Shown here piece after piece: positions 1-8,743 of a stretch of 64,000 nt of DNA. The notes under the pieces are model-generated. The model did not search any database and was not told where the DNA came from. It was given only the letters and a program-made list of their open reading frames with translations. The DNA comes from Acidobacteriota bacterium (GTDB lineage Bacteria; Acidobacteriota; Vicinamibacteria; Vicinamibacterales; CAVVIG01): NCBI GenBank assembly GCA_046728115.1, contig JBKPDW010000172.1, forward strand, positions 454-64,453, in the 5' to 3' direction. How positions within the stretch are numbered: position 1 is the stretch's first letter; each line of letters starts with the position of its first letter. The position numbers and the translations under genes were made by a program.

Positions 1-515
1 GCGCCCGACAGCGGAGCACCCACGATTCCGGCCAGCATGCTCGCCGTCGAGAACTGCGCGAGTGCCCGCGCGCGTTCTCTGGCCGGAAACCAGTACGTGA
101 AGTACAGGACGACACCCGGAAAAAAGCCGGCCTCGGCAGCACCCAGGAGGAACCGTACCGCGTTGAAGCTGCGCGGTCCGATCACGAACATCGTCGTCAT
201 CGAGACGAGACCCCAGACAATGGCAATGCGGGCGATCCAGATACGCGCGCCGATTCTCGCCAGCGCCAGATTGCTGGGCACCTCGAAGAGGAAATATCCC
301 AGAAAGAAGATACCCGCTCCGCGGCCGTACTCGATCGGCGAGAGCCCGAGCGCTCGGTTCATCTGCAGCGCTGCGAAACCGACGTTGAGGCGATCGAGGT
401 AGGCGACGAAATACAGGAGCGCGAGGAACGGAATCAGCCGCCGCCGAACGCGGGCCACTGCACGGGCGCCGATGTCGGACGTCGAGGCCGGCGCCGCGGG
501 CTGCACGCGGACCAT
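1..515 (-). CDS. MFS transporter, anion:cation symporter (hexuronate/galactonate-type); N-terminal part only, 3' end lies beyond the window start
   Basis: Absent from the ORF track because it runs off the window. My translation of the minus strand from ATG 515-513 gives MVRVQPAAPASTSDIGARAVARVRRRLIPFLALLYFVAYLDRLNVGFAALQMNRALGLSPIEYGRGAGIFFLGYFLFEVPSN...RFLLGAAEAGFFPGVVLYFTYWFPARERA. The LDRxNxGxA and GxxEAGxFPG motifs are typical of ACS-family MFS transporters. Confidence 0.7.
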   Translation of the reverse strand, partial: MVRVQPAAPASTSDIGARAVARVRRRLIPFLALLYFVAYLDRLNVGFAALQMNRALGLSPIEYGRGAGIFFLGYFLFEVPSNLALARIGARIWIARIAIVWGLVSMTTMFVIGPRSFNAVRFLLGAAEAGFFPGVVLYFTYWFPARERARALAQFSTASMLAGIVGAPLSG

Positions 516-555
516 GATGGCTCTTGTGTCAAGATGTGGAGTCGAGGAGGGCGCG

Positions 556-1266
556 ATGCAACGTCACGGCTTCGGTGTGATGGCTCTATTCCTCGCTGGC
601 GCCACGCTTGCTGGCCAGTCTTCGCTCCCCGAACGACCGCTGTTCGACGGCAAAACCTCGGCGGGCTGGCGCGGATTCAAGAAGACCGCGTTTCCCGCCA
701 TGGGGTGGCTCGTCCAGGACGGCTGGCTGAAGCACCTCGCGGCCAAAGGCGAGGACTCGCAAGGCGGCGGCGACATCATCACGATCGATTCCTTCGATAA
801 CTTCGATCTGCAGTTCGAATGGAAGATCGCGCCGGGCGGCAACAGCGGCGTCAAGTACCTGGTGACCGAGGACCGAAGCGGCCCGATCGCCCACGAGTAT
901 CAGGTGATCGACGACGAGCGCCATCCTGATGCCAGGATAGGTCCCAATCGCGCCACGGCGGCGCTCTACGACGTCCTCGCGGCACCTGCAAACAAGCCGC
1001 TCAAGCCCGCCGGCGAGATCAACGCGGGACGGATCGTCGTCAACGGCATGCACGTCGAGCACTGGCTCAACGGCGTCAAGGTGATCGAATACGAGCTCGG
1101 AAGTCCCGCGCTCATGGCCGCGAAGGCGAAAAGCAAATTCAAGGATCAGCCCGGCTGGGGCACGAAGCTGAAGGGACACATCCTGTTGCAGGACCACGGC
1201 GACGAGGTTGCGTTTCGCAACATTCGCATCCGCGAACTGCCCGCGTCGCACGGAAGTAAACAGTAG
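556..1266 (+). CDS. DUF1080 (3-keto-disaccharide hydrolase-like) exported protein
   Basis: ORF track gives 472..1266. I moved the start to ATG 556 (GAGGAGG 5 nt upstream), because the 472 start would overlap the divergent MFS gene. Signal peptide MQRHGFGVMALFLAGATLAGQ. Motifs GWRGF, GWLVQDGWL, NSGVKYLV, HEYQVIDD and LQDHGDEVAFRNIRIREL. Confidence 0.8.
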   Translation: MQRHGFGVMALFLAGATLAGQSSLPERPLFDGKTSAGWRGFKKTAFPAMGWLVQDGWLKHLAAKGEDSQGGGDIITIDSFDNFDLQFEWKIAPGGNSGVKYLVTEDRSGPIAHEYQVIDDERHPDARIGPNRATAALYDVLAAPANKPLKPAGEINAGRIVVNGMHVEHWLNGVKVIEYELGSPALMAAKAKSKFKDQPGWGTKLKGHILLQDHGDEVAFRNIRIRELPASHGSKQ

Positions 1267-1311
1267 AACCAGTGTTGTTCTGGCAGCTGAGGAGCTGGCA
1301 GCCGGCGGCTG

Positions 1312-2325
1312 TCAGCTCGCCCCGACCTGTGGTTTGACCGTGCAGGATCCGTTGGCCATGAGCGTGGCGCGCACGCGCTCGAACATGGATTCCCCATCGT
1401 AGGTGCCGATGATGGCGCCGCCAGAACCCGCGAATTGCGCGCTGGCCCCGCACGCGCGGGCGGCGTCCACCATGGCGGCCTGCCACGACGGGATTCGGTA
1501 GATGCTGCGCCGCGTGTCGAAGTTTCTGTTGATGAGGGCGGCGAGGCGTTCGACATCCCGGACGACCAGCGCCCCGCGGCCGTCGGCTGCCAGGCCTGCG
1601 AAACAGCTCATGGCGGAGATCACCTGCTCATCGCCGCGGTTGAAGCGCTCGCGGACGTTGTTGTGGAAGATCTCGGTCGGCTCGCCAAGCGTCTCGTGGT
1701 GCGCCACGTAGAGCGGCGGCAGCAGTGCTGGATCGAGCGGCTCGTACCAGTAGCTCGCCAGGCCGTCGACGACGTGCTCGCGGCTCCGATCGAAATCCAT
1801 GTAGACGAGACCCTCGTACACCTGAATCACGCGATCCTGAAGCCCCGCGGCGATGCCGAGCTCCTCCCTCTCGACGAGCAGCACGAACATCGGCTGCGCC
1901 TCGAGAGGCATCTGCACGTTGTAAAACTCCATCAGGCAGCGCAGCGTGGCGACGATAATCGCGCTCGAGCCGGCGAGGCCGACCTGCCGCGGAATCGTCG
2001 TCTGGTACCGAATCGAGAATCTTCGATCGTGCAGCGTCAGCTCTCGCGTCTGGCAGTACTCGACGAACCGTTTGATGGTCGCCTTGATCAGCCGGATGCC
2101 GCCGTAGTAGCCGTGCAGCCGCACGTCGCGGGCAAGCTCGTACACCGAATCGAATCTTGCGCGATCATCCTCGGCCAGCACGATCTCCACGGAATCCCAT
2201 TCGTACAGCACGACCTCGGCCCAGTAGTTGCGCACGCTGAGAGAGATGGTCTTCCCGTTGTAGCCGTCAGACGGGTTGCCGAGCAGCCCGGCGCGTGCGA
2301 ACGCTCGCCTACGCGTGAGAAACAT
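1312..2325 (-). CDS. GHMP-family sugar kinase, glucuronokinase-like
   Basis: FARAGLLGNPSDGYNGKTISLSVRNYWAEV, GYYGGIRL, TIPRQVGLAGSSAIIVATLRCLMEFYNV (GHMP motif II), GLQDRVIQVYEGLVYMDF and GSGGAIIG (motif III). The pattern matches my recollection of plant glucuronokinase. Its start overlaps the stop of the upstream galU-like gene by 17 nt. Confidence 0.7.
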   Translation of the reverse strand: MFLTRRRAFARAGLLGNPSDGYNGKTISLSVRNYWAEVVLYEWDSVEIVLAEDDRARFDSVYELARDVRLHGYYGGIRLIKATIKRFVEYCQTRELTLHDRRFSIRYQTTIPRQVGLAGSSAIIVATLRCLMEFYNVQMPLEAQPMFVLLVEREELGIAAGLQDRVIQVYEGLVYMDFDRSREHVVDGLASYWYEPLDPALLPPLYVAHHETLGEPTEIFHNNVRERFNRGDEQVISAMSCFAGLAADGRGALVVRDVERLAALINRNFDTRRSIYRIPSWQAAMVDAARACGASAQFAGSGGAIIGTYDGESMFERVRATLMANGSCTVKPQVGAS

Positions 2326-3199
2326 CGAGCAGATCTCGCAGGTATCGCCTCAGCGCTGCACCACATCTCGGATCGGCAAGCGCGAACGCGGCGAACGCTT
2401 CGAAGTAGGCTTCGAAGTTCCCGATGTCGTATCGACGTTCGCCTGGCCGCAGTCGGACGCCGAACGCCCTGCCGCCACTGCGAACCAGCAAACTCAGCGC
2501 ATCGGTCAGCTGGATTTCGCCTCCCTTACCGCGGCTGGTCTTCGCCAGCGCGTCGAAGATGGCGGGTGACAGCACGTACCGTCCCGCGATCGCCAGATTG
2601 CTCGGCGCTTCGCGGGGTTCCGGCTTCTCCACGAGATCCAGGATCTCGAAAAGGTCACCATCGTACGCCGGCCTGGCGATCCCGTACTGGCTCGTATTGC
2701 TGCGCGGCACCTCTTCGAAGGCGATGACTGCGGCCGCGTCACGCTCTTCGAAACAGCGCGTCATCCTTCGCACCACATCGCTCTCGGCGTCCATCCCGAT
2801 GATCGAGTCGCCGAGCGAGACGATGAACGGCTGATCGCCGACGAACGATCGGGCGCACGAGATGGCGTGGCCGAGGCCAAGCAGCTCCCGCTGCCGCGTG
2901 TAGAAGTACTGCACACCTGCGCGGTCGAACTCGAGCTCGGCGAGCAGATCCTCCCTGCCGCTCTCACGCAGGGTCTGAACCAGTTCGTCGTTCCGATCGA
3001 AATGGTTCTCGATCGACGCCTTGCCGGGACCGGTGATGAACAGCAGGCGCTTCATCCCGGCGTGCACCAGCTCCTCGACGACGTACTGCACGACCGGCTT
3101 GCGGCCGACGGGCAGCATCTCCTTGGGTTGCGACTTGGTGGCCGGCAGCAGGCGTGTGCCGAGACCGGCGACCGGAATGACGGCGATGTCGATGCTCAC
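2309..3199 (-). CDS. galU: UTP--glucose-1-phosphate (UDP-sugar) uridylyltransferase
   Basis: N-terminal AVIPVAGLGTRLLPATKSQPKEMLPV signature, the LVEKPEPREAPSNLAIAGRYVL (VEKP) motif, and a typical 296-aa length. Confidence 0.85.
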   Translation of the reverse strand: MSIDIAVIPVAGLGTRLLPATKSQPKEMLPVGRKPVVQYVVEELVHAGMKRLLFITGPGKASIENHFDRNDELVQTLRESGREDLLAELEFDRAGVQYFYTRQRELLGLGHAISCARSFVGDQPFIVSLGDSIIGMDAESDVVRRMTRCFEERDAAAVIAFEEVPRSNTSQYGIARPAYDGDLFEILDLVEKPEPREAPSNLAIAGRYVLSPAIFDALAKTSRGKGGEIQLTDALSLLVRSGGRAFGVRLRPGERRYDIGNFEAYFEAFAAFALADPRCGAALRRYLRDLLDVSHA

Positions 3200-3263
3200 G
3201 GGAACCGCCCGGTGATTCTAACCGGGCGGGGCCTGTGCGTGTCTGCCGTAGATTGTCCGGCGG

Positions 3264-4757
3264 CTATCTCCTCGCCTGCTCGTGTGAGCTCGTGCTGGAC
3301 GACGCGGGAATCTCGAACCCTCGTCGGTATTCCCTCGTCAACAGACGATCGGCCTGCTTGTCGTCGACAAACCGTTCCGACTTCCCATCGAACGTGAGCG
3401 CCCGCCCGACACGGTACGAAATGTTGCCGAGATGCGGCAGTGCCGATGACATATGGCCCTCGAACACGTCGCAGTTCAGCAGTTTCGGATCGCCCGCGCG
3501 AATCGCGTCGACGAAATTCTGATAGTGCGGGTACTCCGTGGTCGTCAACCCCGTTGGCTCGCTGTTCGGATCGGAGAGGTCCGCGCCCGGCCCCTTCTCG
3601 TTCTTCGGTCCGAAATAGGACTGCCACTTCTTGCCGGCCTCTTCGATCCAGAGCCAGCCTTTTGTCCCGTAGAACAGGTTGCCGATGCGCACGCCCGATT
3701 CATCGTTCGTGAAGCCGCCCCGCGTCGCGAACTCGAGGATCGCTCCATCGGCGTACTCGAAGAGGCTCGTCTGCATGTTCGGCGTTTCCTGCGAGGCCTC
3801 ATCGCCGAAGTATCCGCCCACGGATTTGATCTTGACCGGGTGCTCCTGCTTCTGCAGCCCCCAGCGCGCGATGTCGAACTGATGCGGTCCCTGGTTGCCG
3901 CTGTCGCCGTTCCCGTAGTCCCAGTGCCAATGCCAGTTGTAGTGAAAGCGATTGCGATTGAAGGGCCGCTTTGGTGCAGGCCCGAGCCATAAGTCGTAGT
4001 CGACTTTCGAGAGGTACTGCTCGTCGTACGTCGGCTCGTACGTCGTCGAGGTGACGGTCAGCGCGTACGTCTCACCTGGCTTCATTGGACCGTCCGGGTA
4101 TTTGCCAATCGACGGCCGCGGCTTGTAGCAGAGTCCGCGGGCCATGTAGACCTTTCCAAGGCCACCATCGTGGATCAATTTGATCGCTTCGCGCACAGCT
4201 GGCCGGCTGCGATTCATGGTGCCCACCTGCACGAGACGGTTGTAGCGCGCCGCCGCTTCGACCATTCGGCGGCCTTCCCACACCGTGTGCGACGAGGGTT
4301 TCTCCACGTACACATGCTTCCCGGCCTGCAGCGCCCAGATCGTGGCGAGGGCATGCCAGTGATTGGGCGTGGCGATGACGACCGCATCGATGTCCTTGTC
4401 GTCGAGCACGCGCCGGAGATCCTGCACGAAGCCAGGCTTGAACGTGGCAACATCCTGCAGCCGCGCGTCGTTGATCCGCTCGGGCGCGAGGTTGGCGTCG
4501 ATATCGCACAGCGTCTTGATCTCGACGTTCTTCAGTCGAGCGAAGCCTCGTTTGAGCGAATTGCCTTGCCCTCGTATCCCGATGCTGGCGGTGACCACAC
4601 GATCGTTGGCGCCCAGGATGCGGCTGCCGACATGCGGCGCCGCTTCGACGCCTGCACGGAACAGCTCGCCTCCGAGGGCGATACCCGCGACCGTCCCGAT
4701 ACGGGTGCCGAACTCGCGCCGGGAGATGCCGTCTGAGTCGTTGTGCTTGTCAGCCAC
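3264..4757 (-). CDS. Gfo/Idh/MocA family oxidoreductase, Tat-exported
   Basis: ORF track gives 3264..4955. I moved the start to in-frame GTG 4757, which has AAGGAG 5 nt upstream. Tat-like SRREFGTRIGTVAGIALGG. Rossmann-type IGIRGQGNS...DIDAVVIATPNHWH, then EKP. Confidence 0.8.
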   Translation of the reverse strand: MADKHNDSDGISRREFGTRIGTVAGIALGGELFRAGVEAAPHVGSRILGANDRVVTASIGIRGQGNSLKRGFARLKNVEIKTLCDIDANLAPERINDARLQDVATFKPGFVQDLRRVLDDKDIDAVVIATPNHWHALATIWALQAGKHVYVEKPSSHTVWEGRRMVEAAARYNRLVQVGTMNRSRPAVREAIKLIHDGGLGKVYMARGLCYKPRPSIGKYPDGPMKPGETYALTVTSTTYEPTYDEQYLSKVDYDLWLGPAPKRPFNRNRFHYNWHWHWDYGNGDSGNQGPHQFDIARWGLQKQEHPVKIKSVGGYFGDEASQETPNMQTSLFEYADGAILEFATRGGFTNDESGVRIGNLFYGTKGWLWIEEAGKKWQSYFGPKNEKGPGADLSDPNSEPTGLTTTEYPHYQNFVDAIRAGDPKLLNCDVFEGHMSSALPHLGNISYRVGRALTFDGKSERFVDDKQADRLLTREYRRGFEIPASSSTSSHEQARR

Positions 4758-4873
4758 AATCACTCCTTCTTCTGTAGGCTTTTTGCGGCCTGTGCGTTCC
4801 GTCCTCCACGCGCCACGTTTAAGGCGGAATCGTAGCACCGACTGGAGTAGGATTCGCACGAAAGGAGCTTGTA

Positions 4874-5725
4874 ATGGCCACCGCCCTTTCCCGCCGTCAC
4901 TTCTTCCATACGGCCGCGACGGCCGCGGCCTGGCCCCTGCTCGGCCGTGCGGCAAACGCAGCCTCGGCCGCCCCAGCCGTGCGCGGCGGCACCCTGAAGC
5001 TGGGGGTCGCCTCGTACTCGATGCGCGAGTTCACGCTCGATCAGACCCTCGAGATGGCCAAGCGGCTCGGCGTGAAGTATATGACGTTCAAGGACGTCCA
5101 CGTTCCGCGGACCGATCCGCCCGAGAAAACGCGCGCCCTGCGAGCCAAGATCGAGGCCGGGGGCATCACGATCATGGGCGGCGGCACGATTACGATTCCC
5201 AACGATCCCGTCCAGATCAAGAAGGAGTTCGAGTACGCGAGAAACGCCGGCTTTCCCTTGATCTATACCGATCCCGACCCGGCCGCTCTGGACACTATCG
5301 AGCAGATGGCGAAGATGTACGACATCAGAGCGGTGATCCACAATCATGGTCCCGAGGACAAGCGGTGGCCGCGTCCACAGGACGCGTATGCTGCGGTGAA
5401 GGCGCGCGACAAGCGGCTCGGCCTGTGCATCGACGTAGGGCATACGACGCGCACCGGCACCGACCCCGTGCAGGCCTGCCGCGAGTGTCGCGATCGCCTC
5501 TACGACATGCACGTGAAAGATCTCGCCGTGAGGACCGACAAGGAAAGCCAGGTGGAAGTCGGTCGGGGCGTCATCGACTTCCCGGCGCTGTTCAGGACGC
5601 TGCTCGAGATCGGCTATCAGGGGCAGGTCGGTCTCGAATACGAGATCAACGCAAAGGATCCGCTGCCCGGCATGATCGAATCGATGGCGTACATGCGTGG
5701 CGTGCTCGCCGCCGTAACGACGTAG
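4874..5725 (+). CDS. Sugar phosphate isomerase/epimerase (xylose-isomerase-like TIM barrel), Tat-exported
   Basis: Tat-like SRRHFFHTAATAAAWPLLGRA. VIHNHG, CIDVGH and GLEYE metal-ligand style motifs of the AP endonuclease 2 / xylose isomerase-like fold. Confidence 0.8.
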   Translation: MATALSRRHFFHTAATAAAWPLLGRAANAASAAPAVRGGTLKLGVASYSMREFTLDQTLEMAKRLGVKYMTFKDVHVPRTDPPEKTRALRAKIEAGGITIMGGGTITIPNDPVQIKKEFEYARNAGFPLIYTDPDPAALDTIEQMAKMYDIRAVIHNHGPEDKRWPRPQDAYAAVKARDKRLGLCIDVGHTTRTGTDPVQACRECRDRLYDMHVKDLAVRTDKESQVEVGRGVIDFPALFRTLLEIGYQGQVGLEYEINAKDPLPGMIESMAYMRGVLAAVTT

Positions 5726-5788
5726 TCGGGGGTTTGTCGAATTGGACACTCGAATCGGCCACGAAGGCACGACATTTCAGGAGGTCCG

Positions 5789-8167
5789 ATGATTCGCCTG
5801 CGCTCCGCGCTGCTGCTGTCCGCGGTCGCGTGCTTCGGGTTGGGCGCCCTGCTCGTCGCGCAAACGCCGCCGGCCCAACATCCGGCCACCGCCAATCCGC
5901 ATCTTGGAAACCGGGAGTCGATCCGCGCAGGCATGGCCTTGTACCGCGTGCGCTGTGCCGACTGCCACGGCCTCGACGCCAGCGGCTATCGCGGCCCGGA
6001 TCTCATCGCCGCGATGGCCGGCATGCCGGACGAGCGGCTGTTCGACACCATCCGCAAAGGCGTGCCCGGCACCGAAATGCCCGGACAGGGCCTCGACACG
6101 GCAGACCTTGACATCCTGCAGATCGTCGCCTATCTGCGAAACATCGGTTCGGTCGCGCCGGCCGAGCGTCCGATCGGCAATGTCGCCAACGGCGAGCGTC
6201 TCTTCACCCAGCAATGTACGTCGTGTCATCGCGTGGCCGGTCGCGGCGGGCGGCTGGGTCCCGACCTGACGCGCATTGGCGCTACGCGGTCGAGGGCTGC
6301 GATCACGCGCGAAATCCGCACGCCATCGGAATGGATCGGGCCCGCCTTCGAAACGGTCACGATCGTCACCAAGGACGGTCAGCGCATCCGCGGCGCAAAG
6401 AAAGCCGAAGACGTCTTTACCGTCCAGATCATGGACACGCGCGAGCGGATACAGGGTTATCGGAAATCGGACCTGCAAGAGGTGATCTACGAGGAGAGCT
6501 CCCTGATGCCGGCGTATCCGCTCGAGCGGCTGAGCGATAATGATCTGACCGATCTGGTCGGGTACCTCGGCACGCTGCGCGGTGAGCCGGGCGCCACGAC
6601 GTCTTCCGCCGCCATCGCCCCGTCAGCGATCACTAACCGCGATCTGCTCGACGGCCTGAAGGATCCAACGCGCTGGCTCACCTACTCCGGCACCTACAAC
6701 GGCCAACGCCACAGCCCGCTGACGCAAATCACGCCGGAGAACGTCGACCGGCTGGCGGCGCAATGGACGTTCCAGACGGGCCAGCTGGGAAGCTTTCAGA
6801 CGACGCCACTCGTGCTCGACGGCGTGTTGTACGTCACCGGATTCAATAACAACGCCTGGGCGATCGACGCGCGATCGGGCCGCGCCATCTGGCGCTATCG
6901 GCGGAACCTTCCCGAAGACTTGAAGCTCTGTTGCGGCGCCGTGAATCGGGGCTTCGCGGTCCTCGGCGATCGCCTCTTCATGTCCACGATCGACGCGCAC
7001 CTCGTCGCGCTGGATCTGAAAACAGGCGTGCCGGCATTCGACGTCGAGCTCGCGGACCACAACCTCGGCTACTCGGCCACTGTCGCGCCGCTCGTCGTCA
7101 AGGACAAGGTGATTGTCGGCGTCGCCGGCGCCGAGTACGGCATTCGCGGATTCATCGATGCGTACGACGTCAACACGGGTAAACGCGCGTGGCGCTTCTA
7201 CACCGTCGCCGGGCCCGGCGATCCCGGATCCCGGACCTGGCCGCAGGGCGATGCGTATCAGCGCGGTGGCGGATCGATCTGGGTTACCGGGACGTACGAC
7301 CCCGAGCAGAATCTGATCTTCTTCGGCACCGGCAATCCCGGTCCGGATTATTACAGCAACGCGCGCGAGGGGGACAACCTGTACACCGCGTCGCTGGTTG
7401 CGCTCGACGCGGACACCGGTGAACGGCGCTGGCACTATCAGTTCACGCCGCACGACGTGCACGATTGGGATTCGACGCAAGTCCCGGTGCTGGGCGAGTT
7501 GACGATCGGCGGACAGCCGCGGAAGGTCGTGATGTTCGCGAACCGGAACGGGTTCTTCTACACCCTCGATCGCGTCACCGGGAAGATCATCGTCGCCAAG
7601 CCATTCGTCGAAACGACATGGGCCAAGGAAATCGACGCCAACGGCAAGCCCCTGCTGCTGCCGGGCCACCTCCCCGACGAAGACGGAACGAAGACGTGCC
7701 CCGATCTCGGCGGCGGGACCAACTTCATGTCGCCGTCGTTCGATCCGACGACGGGACTCTTCTTCGTCACAGCACGCGAAACGTGCGCCATGTACTACGC
7801 GTACGATCAGAAGTTCAAACCGGGCGAGCAGTACACAGGAGGCGGTCAGCAGCGGCCGCGCGACCAGAAGAATTTCGGCGCGCTCCGCGCGATCGACCCG
7901 GTTACCGGCCAGATCCGATGGGAGTTCCGATACACCTCGGTGTCAGCGTCAGGTGTGTTGAGCACCGCCTCGGGACTCGTGTTCGCGGGCGACGGCGACG
8001 GCAACTTGATGGCGTTCGATTCGCGCACGGGCAAGAACCTGTGGCACTACCAGCTCGGCTCGTCGATGCGATCGACGGCGGGGACGACGTACATGCTCGA
8101 CGGGAGGCAGTACCTGCTCGTGCCATCGGGAAGCATGTTGACGGCGTTTGCACTGCCGCAACGTTGA
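5789..8167 (+). CDS. Fusion protein: N-terminal dihaem cytochrome c module plus PQQ-dependent beta-propeller dehydrogenase
   Basis: Signal peptide. Two CxxCH sites (CADCH, CTSCH), the second cytochrome domain interrupted by a beta-rich insert. Then a PQQ propeller with a vicinal Cys pair (LKLCCGAVNRG), HDVHDWDS, NRNGFFYTLDRVTGK and repeated W-motifs. Confidence 0.85.
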   Translation: MIRLRSALLLSAVACFGLGALLVAQTPPAQHPATANPHLGNRESIRAGMALYRVRCADCHGLDASGYRGPDLIAAMAGMPDERLFDTIRKGVPGTEMPGQGLDTADLDILQIVAYLRNIGSVAPAERPIGNVANGERLFTQQCTSCHRVAGRGGRLGPDLTRIGATRSRAAITREIRTPSEWIGPAFETVTIVTKDGQRIRGAKKAEDVFTVQIMDTRERIQGYRKSDLQEVIYEESSLMPAYPLERLSDNDLTDLVGYLGTLRGEPGATTSSAAIAPSAITNRDLLDGLKDPTRWLTYSGTYNGQRHSPLTQITPENVDRLAAQWTFQTGQLGSFQTTPLVLDGVLYVTGFNNNAWAIDARSGRAIWRYRRNLPEDLKLCCGAVNRGFAVLGDRLFMSTIDAHLVALDLKTGVPAFDVELADHNLGYSATVAPLVVKDKVIVGVAGAEYGIRGFIDAYDVNTGKRAWRFYTVAGPGDPGSRTWPQGDAYQRGGGSIWVTGTYDPEQNLIFFGTGNPGPDYYSNAREGDNLYTASLVALDADTGERRWHYQFTPHDVHDWDSTQVPVLGELTIGGQPRKVVMFANRNGFFYTLDRVTGKIIVAKPFVETTWAKEIDANGKPLLLPGHLPDEDGTKTCPDLGGGTNFMSPSFDPTTGLFFVTARETCAMYYAYDQKFKPGEQYTGGGQQRPRDQKNFGALRAIDPVTGQIRWEFRYTSVSASGVLSTASGLVFAGDGDGNLMAFDSRTGKNLWHYQLGSSMRSTAGTTYMLDGRQYLLVPSGSMLTAFALPQR

Positions 8168-8177
8168 CAACGACATG

Positions 8178-8259
8178 TCAGATTTCAGAGTTCAGATTCA
8201 GATTGCCGAGTTCAAATCACAAAATCAATTTGAACTCTGAACTCTGAACTCTGAAATGA
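8178..8259. repeat. AT-rich imperfect palindrome built from (G/A)TTCAGA heptamer repeats; possible terminator or regulatory hairpin
   Basis: Left arm is tcagatttcagagttcagattcagattgccgagttcaaat, loop cacaaaatca, right arm atttgaactctgaactctgaactctgaaatga. gagttcaaat pairs perfectly with atttgaactc over 10 bp. It lies between the stop of the PQQ fusion gene (8167) and the next start (8276). Confidence 0.6.
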
Positions 8260-8275
8260 CTTCCGTGCATCACCG

Positions 8276-8722
8276 ATGACAATCCCGCGCAAACTGCTGT
8301 GCGTCGCGTACGGCGTCATCGCCCTGCTGGCGCTGGTCGGGACCTGGGGCAACAACGTTGCGTACCTCGATCAGGGGTTTGTGGGCGCCAACATGTCCTT
8401 CTGGCGCGACACGTTGGCCAATCCGGCAAGCCGATCGATAACGGCGGATATCTTCTTCTTCGGCTTCGCCGTTTTCGTCTGGATGCTGCTCGAGGCGCGG
8501 CGCCTCGGCATGCGCGGCGTATGGCTGTATCTGCTGTTCGGTCTCCTGGTCGCGATCAGCGTGACCGTCCCGATCTTTCTCATTCAGCGCGAGCGGAAGT
8601 TAGTTGCGACCGAGCGGTCAGGTACAGCAGGACATCTCCATGTGCTGGATGTGGTTGGCCTGGCGCTGTTTGGCGCGGCCGTCCTGTGGTACATGGTGAT
8701 CGCTCTCGTTCACCTTCGATGA
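8276..8722 (+). CDS. Small integral membrane protein (DUF2834-like)
   Basis: 148 aa with four hydrophobic segments. WGNNVAYL...FWRDTLANPASRSITADIFFFGFAVFVWMLLEARR resembles my recollection of DUF2834. The family call is tentative. Confidence 0.6.
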   Translation: MTIPRKLLCVAYGVIALLALVGTWGNNVAYLDQGFVGANMSFWRDTLANPASRSITADIFFFGFAVFVWMLLEARRLGMRGVWLYLLFGLLVAISVTVPIFLIQRERKLVATERSGTAGHLHVLDVVGLALFGAAVLWYMVIALVHLR

Positions 8723-8743
8723 GCTGAACGCGAAAGCACACGG

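Noticed and set aside
37-402. Plus-strand ORF 37..402 (121 aa).
   Set aside because: It is antisense to the clearly recognisable MFS transporter coding sequence on the minus strand.
3264-4955. The 563-aa version of the Gfo/Idh/MocA ORF, and similar long N-terminal extensions of 472..1266, 10854..11699, 11399..12616, 13081..14337, 16435..17595, 19534..22866, 27546..28142, 28700..29269, 33870..35924, 58989..59921 and 59735..60556.
   Set aside because: The extensions are Arg/Pro-rich, overlap neighbouring genes and lack ribosome-binding sites. The internal starts chosen have RBS-like sequences, signal or Tat leaders, or 4-nt stop/start coupling.
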